Source: a virus
Lineage: Duplodnaviria > Caudoviricetes
Reading direction: 5' to 3' (one strand)
Length of the DNA: 64,000 nucleotides
IMG/VR virus record: IMGVR_UViG_2912838376_000002
Coordinates: 32,001 to 96,000 of that record
Position numbers and translations under genes: made by a program. Each line of letters opens with the position of its first letter. Positions within the stretch are counted from its first letter, which is position 1. Under the pieces are notes generated by a model. The model searched no databases, had not been told where the DNA came from, and worked only from the letters and a program-made list of their open reading frames with translations. Below, piece by piece: positions 47,792 through 57,016 of this stretch.

Positions 47792-47841
47792 TTTTCTAGG
47801 TTATTCCCCTAGATTCTGTTACAATATAGGAGAGGATACAT

Positions 47842-48324
47842 ATGTACTACTTAGGATTAGACCCCTCAACTAAATGCACAGGATACTGTGTAATGGACGA
47901 AAAGCATGATATTATCGAAGCTGGCAAAATCGATATCCCTTCTAAGGGTGATGAAGGAGATAAAATCATTTATCAAATCGAACGTATTGAAGCCCTTTTC
48001 GAAAAATATGATATTACTAAAATCCTTTGTGAAGACCAATTTAGCAAATTAAACATCGATACATTAAAGAAATTAACTCGAGTATCGGGCACAATTCTTT
48101 ATCTTGCAAAGAAACACAAGCTAGAGATTGAACTTATCTACCCTACTAGCTGGCGTAAAATCTTCCACGGTTCAGGTAAAGCCAAGAAAGAAGATACCTT
48201 CCATAAAGTTGTTGCTATCTATGAATTTGATAATCTAGAATTCAAGAAGGACAATGACTTAACAGATGCTATTGGCATTGCCTGGGCATGTGTAGACTTA
48301 CATAAAGAAGGTGTAGCTGCTTGA
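47842..48324 (+). CDS. RuvC-like Holliday junction resolvase
   Basis: LGLDPS..CTGY, CEDQF, PTSWRK, DLTDAIGIA. Confidence 0.85.
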   Translation: MYYLGLDPSTKCTGYCVMDEKHDIIEAGKIDIPSKGDEGDKIIYQIERIEALFEKYDITKILCEDQFSKLNIDTLKKLTRVSGTILYLAKKHKLEIELIYPTSWRKIFHGSGKAKKEDTFHKVVAIYEFDNLEFKKDNDLTDAIGIAWACVDLHKEGVAA

Positions 48325-48590
48325 AAATCTACCGTGGCAATATAGGTGTAGACTTGTCTCTTGAAGAGTTTTCTCAAATCATAGAAGATGAAGATAAAAT
48401 TGATGACCTACTCAACATCATTTACGAATTGGAGATGGATGAAGTCATGAATTATAATAAAGAAGACATCTTAGCTTTTGAAGCAAACCTTTTTCAAGAG
48501 GTTGCAGAATACCAACGTAAACAAAATGCAAATGACGACACTGTAAAAATGGAACGTATCCTAGCCCACTTAGAAAAGTATGGACGATAA
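48321..48590 (+). CDS. Hypothetical acidic protein
   Basis: ORF within the operon. Confidence 0.6.
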   Translation: MKIYRGNIGVDLSLEEFSQIIEDEDKIDDLLNIIYELEMDEVMNYNKEDILAFEANLFQEVAEYQRKQNANDDTVKMERILAHLEKYGR

Positions 48591-49389
48591 GACTCAACAA
48601 TATGAACACATTGAGTCTTTAGTGTTCGAATATCAAGCAGGTTCCGAGAAGGCTGGGTTAGAAATAATCCAGTCTTTTGGTTATGATCCGGAAACGAAAG
48701 AACTATCTAAGTACCTCAACAAATACTTTGCTCTCTTACGCTTTGGCGTGATTAAATTTAACGACAGAGATACTAGGCAATTCCTCAGACAGTTTACCTC
48801 AGACGAAACCTTGCATAAGGCTCTTATCCCCAACTATCAATATGCTCATACAAAAAAAGCTACACGGAAGCTTGTTCAAATGATTAATTATCGAATGAGA
48901 CATATTACAGATGAAGATTTAATAAATGATCTTTGCTTACTCTTATTAACTCAGGCTAGGAAGTATAAGAAACAAGGAAAGAAAAAGAACTTTTGTGGAT
49001 ACCTATTTAATAGTTATCGATACAAAGTTTATGCTCATTACAAATATCTCTTCAAAGACCTACTCTATTCACATCGTATAGAAATGCTAGAAGATTATAG
49101 AGACGAGAACAGTGAGATTGTTATAGAAGAAACCCTCCGTTCTGACCTTTACTTTCAAAATGAAAAAGAACAAATAGGACTTAATTGGATACTAGGCAAA
49201 GCAGCTGATTATCCTTTTAACCAATTAAATAATTTTGAAAGAACTCTAATCTCCCTTTATGACTATAAAGGAATGACTTATGAAGAAGTTGGCGCCCAAA
49301 TGGGATATCACCGTGATACTATTTGGAATAAGCGTAAACAAATTAAGAAAAAACTAAAAGAACTAATGAAGAATCCTCCCTGCGATTAA
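48580..49389 (+). CDS. Phage sigma-70-like factor
   Basis: N-terminal LVFEYQAG; region-2-like DEDLINDL...NFCGYL; region-4 HTH LNNFERTLISLY...MTYEEVGAQMGYHRDTI. Confidence 0.65.
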   Translation: MDDKTQQYEHIESLVFEYQAGSEKAGLEIIQSFGYDPETKELSKYLNKYFALLRFGVIKFNDRDTRQFLRQFTSDETLHKALIPNYQYAHTKKATRKLVQMINYRMRHITDEDLINDLCLLLLTQARKYKKQGKKKNFCGYLFNSYRYKVYAHYKYLFKDLLYSHRIEMLEDYRDENSEIVIEETLRSDLYFQNEKEQIGLNWILGKAADYPFNQLNNFERTLISLYDYKGMTYEEVGAQMGYHRDTIWNKRKQIKKKLKELMKNPPCD

Positions 49390-49404
49390 CAAGGAGGATC
49401 TTTT

Positions 49405-50079
49405 TTATGCTGCAGCAGATTTATTTAATTGAGCTTCCAACTCTGCAATTCGAGCATTCAAAGCATTTACTTCTTCATAGTGCTCTAATATCTCCATAAG
49501 ATGGGGCTTAATAGCAGTCTTAGCAGATAGAAAATAGGCAGCGTATCTTGGATAGCGTCTCATAGCTTCTTTAAAGAATGGAAAGAAGAACTTCTCTGTC
49601 TCGATTGCTTGTCTTACTTTCTTTTCCGGAGTGGCATCACGTAATGTGCTAAAGTTATGCTTTCTATCAGAAGCTTTAAGCAGGCATGCACCCGGATCTC
49701 TTAGCATTGGTTCCAGATATAATACCTTAATAAGATCACCCTGTTTATAATTAACAGACTTTTCTTTCGTAACGAGATCCACCATTTTAGCTACCCTTTT
49801 GTTAAATTTGTCTTCAATCATTCTTAAAGTGATTCCCTCAACATCTTCAATAATATCGTGAAGCAGAGCTGCTGTTAAGATATCTTCATCTCTTATACCA
49901 TGATTGAATAAATCCTGAGCTACATCTACACAATGATTGTAATAGTTTGTCCCATCATGACGTGCAAAACCTTTCGCAGCACACATCTCTTCTTTAACCA
50001 TATCTAATGCACGAAGAGTCATCTCCTGTCCCGCATCTGCCATGCGTTGCTCAAATAACCTTACTCTGCTTTCACTCAT
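49405..50079 (-). CDS. HD-domain small alarmone hydrolase (RelA/SpoT HD, Mesh1-like)
   Basis: RHDGTNYYNH...ALLHDIIED...VDLVTK...KASDRKHN. Confidence 0.8.
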   Translation of the reverse strand: MSESRVRLFEQRMADAGQEMTLRALDMVKEEMCAAKGFARHDGTNYYNHCVDVAQDLFNHGIRDEDILTAALLHDIIEDVEGITLRMIEDKFNKRVAKMVDLVTKEKSVNYKQGDLIKVLYLEPMLRDPGACLLKASDRKHNFSTLRDATPEKKVRQAIETEKFFFPFFKEAMRRYPRYAAYFLSAKTAIKPHLMEILEHYEEVNALNARIAELEAQLNKSAAA

Positions 50080-50097
50080 ATATATTCCTCCCTAATT

Positions 50098-50829
50098 TTA
50101 CGTTGTAATAGAAACTACATTGAATCCTAATTCTTTTGCTTTTTGCTCATCGAACTTTTCATCTAAATGCATACAAAAGACTTTATTTCTTACCTCAGGT
50201 TTTATCTGTTCTTCTAATTCTCTTAATGATAAATGCACATTACCTTCGTAATCTGCAATACAGGTATCTTGATAAAAATAATCAATTTGTCCGTAATGTA
50301 GCATGTTTAAAATGTATAATGGAATTTGATTTGAATCCCCGCTATAATAAATCGTTGTATTTTTTTCATCAATACGAGCATTGATAATGTATCCAAAACA
50401 AGACAATTCAGCTACATGATCGGTATAAATAGGCGTGAAGCTGAGTGTGAAGTCTTCGTGATAAAATCCAACGTTTCTGCCGAACTGTACTATTTTGTAT
50501 GTTTCTTCTTGTACACCCATCATCTTTAAAAGATTCTTAATCCTTAAATCAAATGGAGCATATACAGTCACATTCGGCGTCATTAGTTCACCCATAGAAT
50601 AATAACCATAAAAGATTAAATCCCCTAGTGATCCTACATGGTCGGGATGTAAATGAGTAACCAATACAACAATTTCTTTTACATCGTTTAATAGATTGCT
50701 TTCCTTTAAACGACCAAATGTGGAACTTCCACAGTCAATTAAAAACAAATGATCATTCTTTTTAATGTAAGCACAGTTGTTTCCTTCTTTTGTATTAAAG
50801 GCACTACCTCTTCCAATAAAACTAAGCAT
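50098..50829 (-). CDS. MBL-fold hydrolase, Apyc1-like
   Basis: GRGSAF...NN, LIDCG, THLHPDHVG, YYSGD, VHLSL.EL, VFCMH. Confidence 0.75.
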   Translation of the reverse strand: MLSFIGRGSAFNTKEGNNCAYIKKNDHLFLIDCGSSTFGRLKESNLLNDVKEIVVLVTHLHPDHVGSLGDLIFYGYYSMGELMTPNVTVYAPFDLRIKNLLKMMGVQEETYKIVQFGRNVGFYHEDFTLSFTPIYTDHVAELSCFGYIINARIDEKNTTIYYSGDSNQIPLYILNMLHYGQIDYFYQDTCIADYEGNVHLSLRELEEQIKPEVRNKVFCMHLDEKFDEQKAKELGFNVVSITT

Positions 50830-50861
50830 TATTTTCTCCTTTTTGTAAAAAGCCCCCGTGT

Positions 50862-51770
50862 TTAGGAGGCTTCTTTTTCATCTTTGAAATATAGTTCCAA
50901 CCATTCTTCTTCAGAGATTGGTACATGACATAAGTTACGGAAATCGCAATAACGACACATAATGTCTAGTGCATTCCCTTCTTTCTCAGGCAGCTCTCGA
51001 CGATCTACATAATCAAGAATTTCTTTAATGTCTGCTTTAACCTGTTCAACCAATTCCTCATTATAAGAAACATGGAAAGACTTAGATTCTTGTGTATCTT
51101 TGTTTTCGTAGTATACCATACCTCTTCTAATACCAGTTAAATAGAAATACAATTGTAACTGCATTTCATGTTTCTTATCCGGCTTAGATTTTGGTAACTT
51201 AGCATAGTTCTTATTCTTAATTGACTTGAATTCGACAATAAGGATATGATTAGCTGGACCACGATAGACTTCTTTGTCTACCATCTTTGTCTTTTCTACG
51301 CCTTTCTGATCTTTGTATTTCTCAGGAACCTTGGCTGTTAAGACGATATCCTCCGCATCCTCTTCGTCATCTGGCTTTAGATAGTTCCAGATGATAGCAT
51401 CTGAACGCCCACTAATGCGTAATTCCTCATCTTTCAATGAGAGTTCGGGAGCAATTAGAATTCCCATCTTTTCAAAGATATCTTCCATGCGATTATGAAA
51501 GCTCGTTCCATTCTCCATAATTAAAAGGTTTTGTCCTGGTATTGGTTTAGTTGGATAACCCAACATCTGATAAACCACAGCACGTTTACACCTTCCAATT
51601 GAAGACGGATAAAACTTACCTAGTCGTCCTTGATCGATACGCTTTTGTTGGTTAGCAGCGTTCTCTGTAGTGAGAAACTGATGAACCATATCTATGATGT
51701 CTAATTCCCCATATCGCGCTTTAATTTGTTTTATTTTTGACTCTTCAACTTCTAGTTGAGCTGTTGACAC
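50862..51770 (-). CDS. Cas4-like PD-(D/E)XK exonuclease
   Basis: PSSIGRC, GTSFH, SGRSD, EFKS, QLQLY, CRYCDFRNLC; GTG start at 51770 with RBS GAGGTG. Confidence 0.85.
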   Translation of the reverse strand: MSTAQLEVEESKIKQIKARYGELDIIDMVHQFLTTENAANQQKRIDQGRLGKFYPSSIGRCKRAVVYQMLGYPTKPIPGQNLLIMENGTSFHNRMEDIFEKMGILIAPELSLKDEELRISGRSDAIIWNYLKPDDEEDAEDIVLTAKVPEKYKDQKGVEKTKMVDKEVYRGPANHILIVEFKSIKNKNYAKLPKSKPDKKHEMQLQLYFYLTGIRRGMVYYENKDTQESKSFHVSYNEELVEQVKADIKEILDYVDRRELPEKEGNALDIMCRYCDFRNLCHVPISEEEWLELYFKDEKEAS

Positions 51771-51800
51771 TTTATCACCTCTTTTGAAAGGAGTTTTACA

Positions 51801-52244
51801 ATGGAAAAAAAATATGAATTTATGGACACTGACAATCTTTACGGACAACGTAAAGACGATGAAAAGAACTGGGAGGAGTTTGGAGAACTCGCCCAAGAGA
51901 CCTTTAAGAACTGGATCAAATACAATGATGGAACTTCCGGTGTAAAAGCTAAGACATGGCAAGATTCTGGTCGTGGTTGTGTAAGATGCGGTGGTTCACT
52001 AATGGTCTTTGAAGAAGCTGAAAACGGAAATATTCTCTTAGAATGTAAAAGCTGTGGTTATCATCAATGGAATGCTGACATTGCACCGTACAGTCAAAAA
52101 GAACTGAAACAGATGAACAAAGAAGCTAAACAAGCTGGAGCCACTGGTGCCCGTCATCTTCCTGATGAATTATACAGAACTATACCGGACTCTCTTATAC
52201 TGCAGTATGTAGAGATGAGAGAGAAAAGAGCGCAGGGGTATTAA
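51801..52244 (+). CDS. Zn-ribbon hypothetical protein
   Basis: CVRCGG...CKSCGY; RBS AAGGAG. Confidence 0.7.
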   Translation: MEKKYEFMDTDNLYGQRKDDEKNWEEFGELAQETFKNWIKYNDGTSGVKAKTWQDSGRGCVRCGGSLMVFEEAENGNILLECKSCGYHQWNADIAPYSQKELKQMNKEAKQAGATGARHLPDELYRTIPDSLILQYVEMREKRAQGY

Positions 52245-52900
52245 ACCCCTGCTTTTTCTTTGTTTGTATAGCCAATCTTTTCTAACGCTTCGCCAACTAA
52301 TGCAAGTACAGACTCTTTATCTTCTTCGTTGTTTGCAAAATCCAAATTATCTACATTGATTAAGATTTTTGGAGAATGATCATAGTCTTGGTACCATACG
52401 TCATACTTGTCATTTAGTCGTTCCCAATAAGCCATTTCCACTTCGCTTTCAATACCACGGCCACGATTATCAATTCGCTGCTTTGCTACTTCAGCACTAC
52501 ATTGCAGGTAGACTAATAGTTCAGGTGGTTGAGAATGTTCTAGAATTTGGTCTAGTAACTTCTTGTATGTACGATATTCTTCCCATGTCATACCTTCTCC
52601 GCCATCCTCAAGATCTTCAGCTAACATACTTGCAAAGATGTTGTCACCGAAAATTGAGCGGTCTAAAATCCCGTGACCTTCTTCATGAACTTTCTTAATC
52701 ATTTCCCATCGTTCGTTTGCAAAGAAGATTTGTGTTGTAAATGCCCAACGAGTTTTCTTCGCATAGAATCGATTTAATAATCGTTCTGCATCAGGGTTTC
52801 CTAGTTCTTCAAAAATAGGAATGTTAAATCTTTCACTTATTAAATGCGCTAGAGTTGTTTTGCCAGCCCCAACGACTCCATCTACCAATAGAATGGTCAT
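52241..52900 (-). CDS. Deoxynucleoside kinase
   Basis: DGVVGAGKTT, DRSIFGD, RIDNRGR. Confidence 0.9.
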   Translation of the reverse strand: MTILLVDGVVGAGKTTLAHLISERFNIPIFEELGNPDAERLLNRFYAKKTRWAFTTQIFFANERWEMIKKVHEEGHGILDRSIFGDNIFASMLAEDLEDGGEGMTWEEYRTYKKLLDQILEHSQPPELLVYLQCSAEVAKQRIDNRGRGIESEVEMAYWERLNDKYDVWYQDYDHSPKILINVDNLDFANNEEDKESVLALVGEALEKIGYTNKEKAGV

Positions 52901-53247
52901 CGCCCCATCTCTCTTTTCTTAATTGTTCTTTTTCTTTTCGATATGGAAAAAATATAGTATGGCCAAAGAACAAAACCAAAAAGAAACGTTAGGAATTGAT
53001 ACTTACCTTCATTTGCTTTAAATAGTTTGTACTCGGCCAGTAATTCTCCTTTTTCTACGTACAGATTTTGTAGCTGTGCATAATACTCAGCTCCTTGAGG
53101 AGTTAGCTCATACATAGACACCATCTCACGTAAAAACGTTTCCTTATCCCCTGCTTCTCTAAGCATGGCATAAATACTAATCATATGTTGAAAACCATAA
53201 ACAATACCGACAACAACATACAAGGATATAAGCAATACAGTCCACAT
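52897..53247 (-). CDS. Membrane protein
   Basis: Two TM segments. Confidence 0.6.
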   Translation of the reverse strand: MWTVLLISLYVVVGIVYGFQHMISIYAMLREAGDKETFLREMVSMYELTPQGAEYYAQLQNLYVEKGELLAEYKLFKANEGKYQFLTFLFGFVLWPYYIFSISKRKRTIKKREMGR

Positions 53248-53249
53248 AC

Positions 53250-53624
53250 TTATCTATACCCCTTTTCTTTGCAATATTCGATAAGGTCAGCTTCATCGCC
53301 CATTACAAACATTTCAACGTTGTCTTCAGTTTCCGTATGGATTTCAACTTTATAAACAAACACAACTTGAAAAGGGTTGTCTTCATTCATCCATGCCCCA
53401 ACAGACACAGCAACAAAAGTTCCCGGGGTGTCGTAAGCATCGATAAACTCATCTACCATTGCATTATTGATTTCATGTCCAAATAGATCCGCTAATAGTT
53501 GCTGCGACATTGGAATACCATGATTTAATTTTTCGTTCCAACTATCAAGAATGCAAAGTAATGCTCCATAATTCTTGTTTATATAGCTGAACATTTTCTT
53601 TCGCAAATGAAACTCAGAAATCAA
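53250..53624 (-). CDS. Hypothetical protein
   Basis: RBS GGAGGTG. Confidence 0.6.
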   Translation of the reverse strand: MISEFHLRKKMFSYINKNYGALLCILDSWNEKLNHGIPMSQQLLADLFGHEINNAMVDEFIDAYDTPGTFVAVSVGAWMNEDNPFQVVFVYKVEIHTETEDNVEMFVMGDEADLIEYCKEKGYR

Positions 53625-53917
53625 TACACCACCTCCAATACTCGGTCAGACTGTTCTTTCTCGTAATGCATAATCTCTTCATCAGAAATGCATTCGATTT
53701 CAACTTTAGTAGTTCGGTATCCGTATCCTGGCACATCTTTTATTACGGCATACACTTCATATACCCCGTTACCCAATCCTGGGATAAACGAAACCATTTC
53801 ATGTAACCTTTCTTGAGAACCAAATAAAAACATACGTCCCATTTCTACTTTTACAGCACCTAAGCATATTCGCCCAGGTGTTAAGTCTTCTTCTTTAATA
53901 TCGAAAGAGCAATTCAA
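53621..53917 (-). CDS. Hypothetical protein
   Basis: PGLGNGVYEV; RBS GGGGAG. Confidence 0.6.
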   Translation of the reverse strand: MNCSFDIKEEDLTPGRICLGAVKVEMGRMFLFGSQERLHEMVSFIPGLGNGVYEVYAVIKDVPGYGYRTTKVEIECISDEEIMHYEKEQSDRVLEVVY

Positions 53918-53943
53918 TGTGGTTACTCCCCTTTCATTCTCAG

Positions 53944-53972
53944 AATGTATCCATTTGATTTTTACTTTGCAA
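53944..53972 (-). promoter_or_regulatory. Promoter of the dNK operon with AAATCAAATGG motif
   Basis: TTGCAA-N5-AAATCAAATGG-A-TACATT. Confidence 0.6.
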
Positions 53973-53996
53973 CATAAAAATAAAAAAGACCCAGGA

Positions 53997-55523
53997 TTAT
54001 TCTCCTGAATCTTCTATTCGTACAGCTTTTGGGAAACTTAATACAAAAGCCGTTTTACCGTCTGATGTACTTTGAGCAGTTATTTTACCGTTATATATAT
54101 TCATTACTTCTTTAGCGATTGTTAATCCTAATCCAGAACCTTGCTTAGTGTAATCTAAATTCTTACCACGATAATACCTGTCAAAAAGGAAAGGAATTTC
54201 TTTCGGATCAAGAGCAATCCCCTTGTTAATAACCGAAATACAAACCGTATTATCATTAGTTTTAGAAATTACGTTTATCTCAACAGAATTTGAATCAACA
54301 GAGTACTTAACTGCATTGTCGAGGATTGGGTTTATCATTAGGAAGAAATGATTTCGATCTACAAATATCTCGACACCATCTACATCATAACAAATATCAA
54401 AAATAAATTCTGGATATGATTCCGCTTTAAATCTTAACAAGTAATTAATTAAGTCTTTTACTTTATAATAATTTGCACTATCAATATTCGATATTTGTTT
54501 TAATCGAGCCAGTTCCAAGATGGTTGACATAATTGATGTAACCCTAGCGATGTTGTCTTCTATAGCAAGTAATTTCTCATCAACTAAATCTTTATCCTCT
54601 CTACCATAAAACTTAATCATATCTACAGACTGTTTTATTGCAGTAAGGTATGTTTTTACCTCATGTGATACATCTTGCATGGAGTTTAAATTGTTCTGTA
54701 CAAGTTCATTCATTCTATCTAAAACAGCATTAAAACGATTAACAATTTTAGATATTTCTTCTCCATACAAAGGGTCCTCGATTTTTGTTTGATAATTATT
54801 AACTATTACATCGTCAAAACTATTATCAATTGCCTTTTGTAGTGGTCGAAATATAAATTTTAAACCCGCCAATGCTGATATAACTGCAAAGAAAAGAAAC
54901 CAAATAAACATGTACAGAGCACTCTCTAAGCCTGTCATTATTTGCATTTTCAAATTCGTCGTTATATCTCTTTTTATAGTTACCACATCAACATGATTTT
55001 CATGCTTGAAGGAATAAGAGACAATGCCGTATGCCTTGTTTTGTTCGTCAAGATAAAAATTGTACTGAGCATTTTCTGCAGCAGAGTCCATTTTTTTCAT
55101 ATGTGTTTTAATGGAATCAAAAAAAGTTGGAACAAATAAAGTTAAGAGTTGAGACCCAAACATATCAAAAGTATTATTTTGATCTGCAGGAGAGTAATAA
55201 TTATATTCTCCAATTCCAGTTTGACCAATTTTAACTTTTATTGCTTCGCCTGGGTAACTCAAATACCGAAAGAAATTGTCATCAACTTGTTGTTTTCCTC
55301 CACCATCTTGTATCGATTCTAGCTTTTGTTGTATTTTCTCGACCCTAGAAAACATTGCCTCATATTCTCTTTGAGTTGTTAATTGTAATTCGTTGTACAT
55401 AGAAAATAAATTAACTGGTACTGCTGAAATAAAAATAAGTGCGATAGTGAATGAAACAACTTGAACACGTAATTTGTCGCGCTTTACAAAATTTCTGAGG
55501 AATTTCCTAATCCTGCTTCTCAT
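53997..55523 (-). CDS. Membrane sensor histidine kinase 2
   Basis: 2 TM, HAMP-like region, H-box SHEVKT, N-box LDNAVKYS, LFDRYYR, GSGLGL. Confidence 0.9.
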   Translation of the reverse strand: MRSRIRKFLRNFVKRDKLRVQVVSFTIALIFISAVPVNLFSMYNELQLTTQREYEAMFSRVEKIQQKLESIQDGGGKQQVDDNFFRYLSYPGEAIKVKIGQTGIGEYNYYSPADQNNTFDMFGSQLLTLFVPTFFDSIKTHMKKMDSAAENAQYNFYLDEQNKAYGIVSYSFKHENHVDVVTIKRDITTNLKMQIMTGLESALYMFIWFLFFAVISALAGLKFIFRPLQKAIDNSFDDVIVNNYQTKIEDPLYGEEISKIVNRFNAVLDRMNELVQNNLNSMQDVSHEVKTYLTAIKQSVDMIKFYGREDKDLVDEKLLAIEDNIARVTSIMSTILELARLKQISNIDSANYYKVKDLINYLLRFKAESYPEFIFDICYDVDGVEIFVDRNHFFLMINPILDNAVKYSVDSNSVEINVISKTNDNTVCISVINKGIALDPKEIPFLFDRYYRGKNLDYTKQGSGLGLTIAKEVMNIYNGKITAQSTSDGKTAFVLSFPKAVRIEDSGE

Positions 55524-57016
55524 TAGGCATCCCCCTCTCCTGATACAATAGGTATAACTAATGTGAATACAGTTTTTCCATCTGTGTTGCTTTCTACATT
55601 TATTGCACCATTGTATATATCCATCACTTTTTTAGATATGGTTAAACCTAGTCCAGATCCTTTTATTGAGCTATCAAAATTTCTTCCTCTGTAATACCTA
55701 TTAAATAAAAATGGGATTTCTTCTTCTTTAATTTGGAATCCCCAACTAATCACATCCACGTATAAACAGCTTGGACATCCGACATCCTTAATATGAACAA
55801 TAACTTCATTGCTATGCACTGAATACCTAACTGCATTCTCAATAATAGGATTTAAAGCTAATAAAAAATGTTGCTTGTTGATACTTATAATAGGTTCTTC
55901 TACGTCACACTTACTAACAAAATCAAATTCCGGAAAAATCTTTCTCGTATATTCAAGGTATTCATCAATTAATTCTTTTACATTTTCTGTTTCTGTAGAA
56001 GAGAATTGGGCTCCGCGATCTAACTTTGCCAAATCAAGAATTGTAGACATAACTTTTGTAATTTGATCAATGTTATCATCTATCGATTTCAGTTTTTTCT
56101 CCACAGTTTGCTTGTCATCTGTTCCAAAAAATCTTAGTACATCAACAGACTGTTTGATTGATGTTAATTTATTGTTTACCTCATGAGAAACATCCTGCAT
56201 TGATTCTATATTAACTTCAATAATCTTTTGCATTCGCTCTAAAATGTCGTTTATTTTATGTTTAACACCACTAATTTCTTTTCCATATACGCCCGTTATT
56301 TCTATCCTAGTTTTATAATCTGTTTCTTCCAGCTCAGAAAACGTCTTATCAAGAGCATTTCCAAGTAGACGAAATACTAAGCCAAGACCAAAATAAGAAA
56401 ATATACTTGAACAGATAACAATGTATAACAAGCTCACACAAAAAATTTGTTGATATTTCTCTAAAGGCTTCACAACGGTTGGTGTAATATTTCGTTTTAC
56501 CAAAATTGAATCCGTATGATTAAAATGTTTAAAAGAATATTTATAATTCATATAATGAAGGCCACTTGTTTCGTCTTTGTGAACTGATATATTGCCTACT
56601 TTTTTTATATCATCTTTATATCTGCCAGCTAAAAACTCTATTAGAGAAGATGCAATTTTAGCATTTGTATCATTCACTAAATCCTTTTCCTCGTTTTCTT
56701 TACCATAGAAAACACGCTTGGTGCGGTCATCTGTAGATGAAACTGTTATTTCTTCACCTTTAGCTGTAATGCCCTCGAAAAATTCAGGAGAAATCTTACT
56801 GACTCCTCCAACCTCCCATACCTCATTTTCAATTTGAACAGCACGATACTTCATTCGATTGTAAACCTCTTCCCCATCATTTAGAATATCAAAAATGAGG
56901 AACCATAGTAAAATAGGCATTGTAACAAAGGTGACAGCAAGTACTGCTATTGCCGTCAACTTTGTACGTAACCTATTCTCTTTTACTCTTCTAAGAATTA
57001 AAGATTTCAAGGACAT
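55523..57016 (-). CDS. Membrane sensor histidine kinase 1 (paralog)
   Basis: 2 TM, H-box SHEVNN, IENAVRYS, LFNRYYR, GSGLGL. Confidence 0.9.
   Translation of the reverse strand: MSLKSLILRRVKENRLRTKLTAIAVLAVTFVTMPILLWFLIFDILNDGEEVYNRMKYRAVQIENEVWEVGGVSKISPEFFEGITAKGEEITVSSTDDRTKRVFYGKENEEKDLVNDTNAKIASSLIEFLAGRYKDDIKKVGNISVHKDETSGLHYMNYKYSFKHFNHTDSILVKRNITPTVVKPLEKYQQIFCVSLLYIVICSSIFSYFGLGLVFRLLGNALDKTFSELEETDYKTRIEITGVYGKEISGVKHKINDILERMQKIIEVNIESMQDVSHEVNNKLTSIKQSVDVLRFFGTDDKQTVEKKLKSIDDNIDQITKVMSTILDLAKLDRGAQFSSTETENVKELIDEYLEYTRKIFPEFDFVSKCDVEEPIISINKQHFLLALNPIIENAVRYSVHSNEVIVHIKDVGCPSCLYVDVISWGFQIKEEEIPFLFNRYYRGRNFDSSIKGSGLGLTISKKVMDIYNGAINVESNTDGKTVFTLVIPIVSGEGDA

Noticed and set aside
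37922-51770. CRISPR-Cas locus suggested by two Cas4-like nucleases
   Set aside because: No repeat-spacer array and no cas1/cas2 seen; solo Cas4/RecB-like nucleases are common phage recombination genes.
51771-51962. N-terminal extension of the Cas4-like ORF
   Set aside because: Overlaps the divergent gene 51801-52244; a good RBS supports the GTG at 51770.
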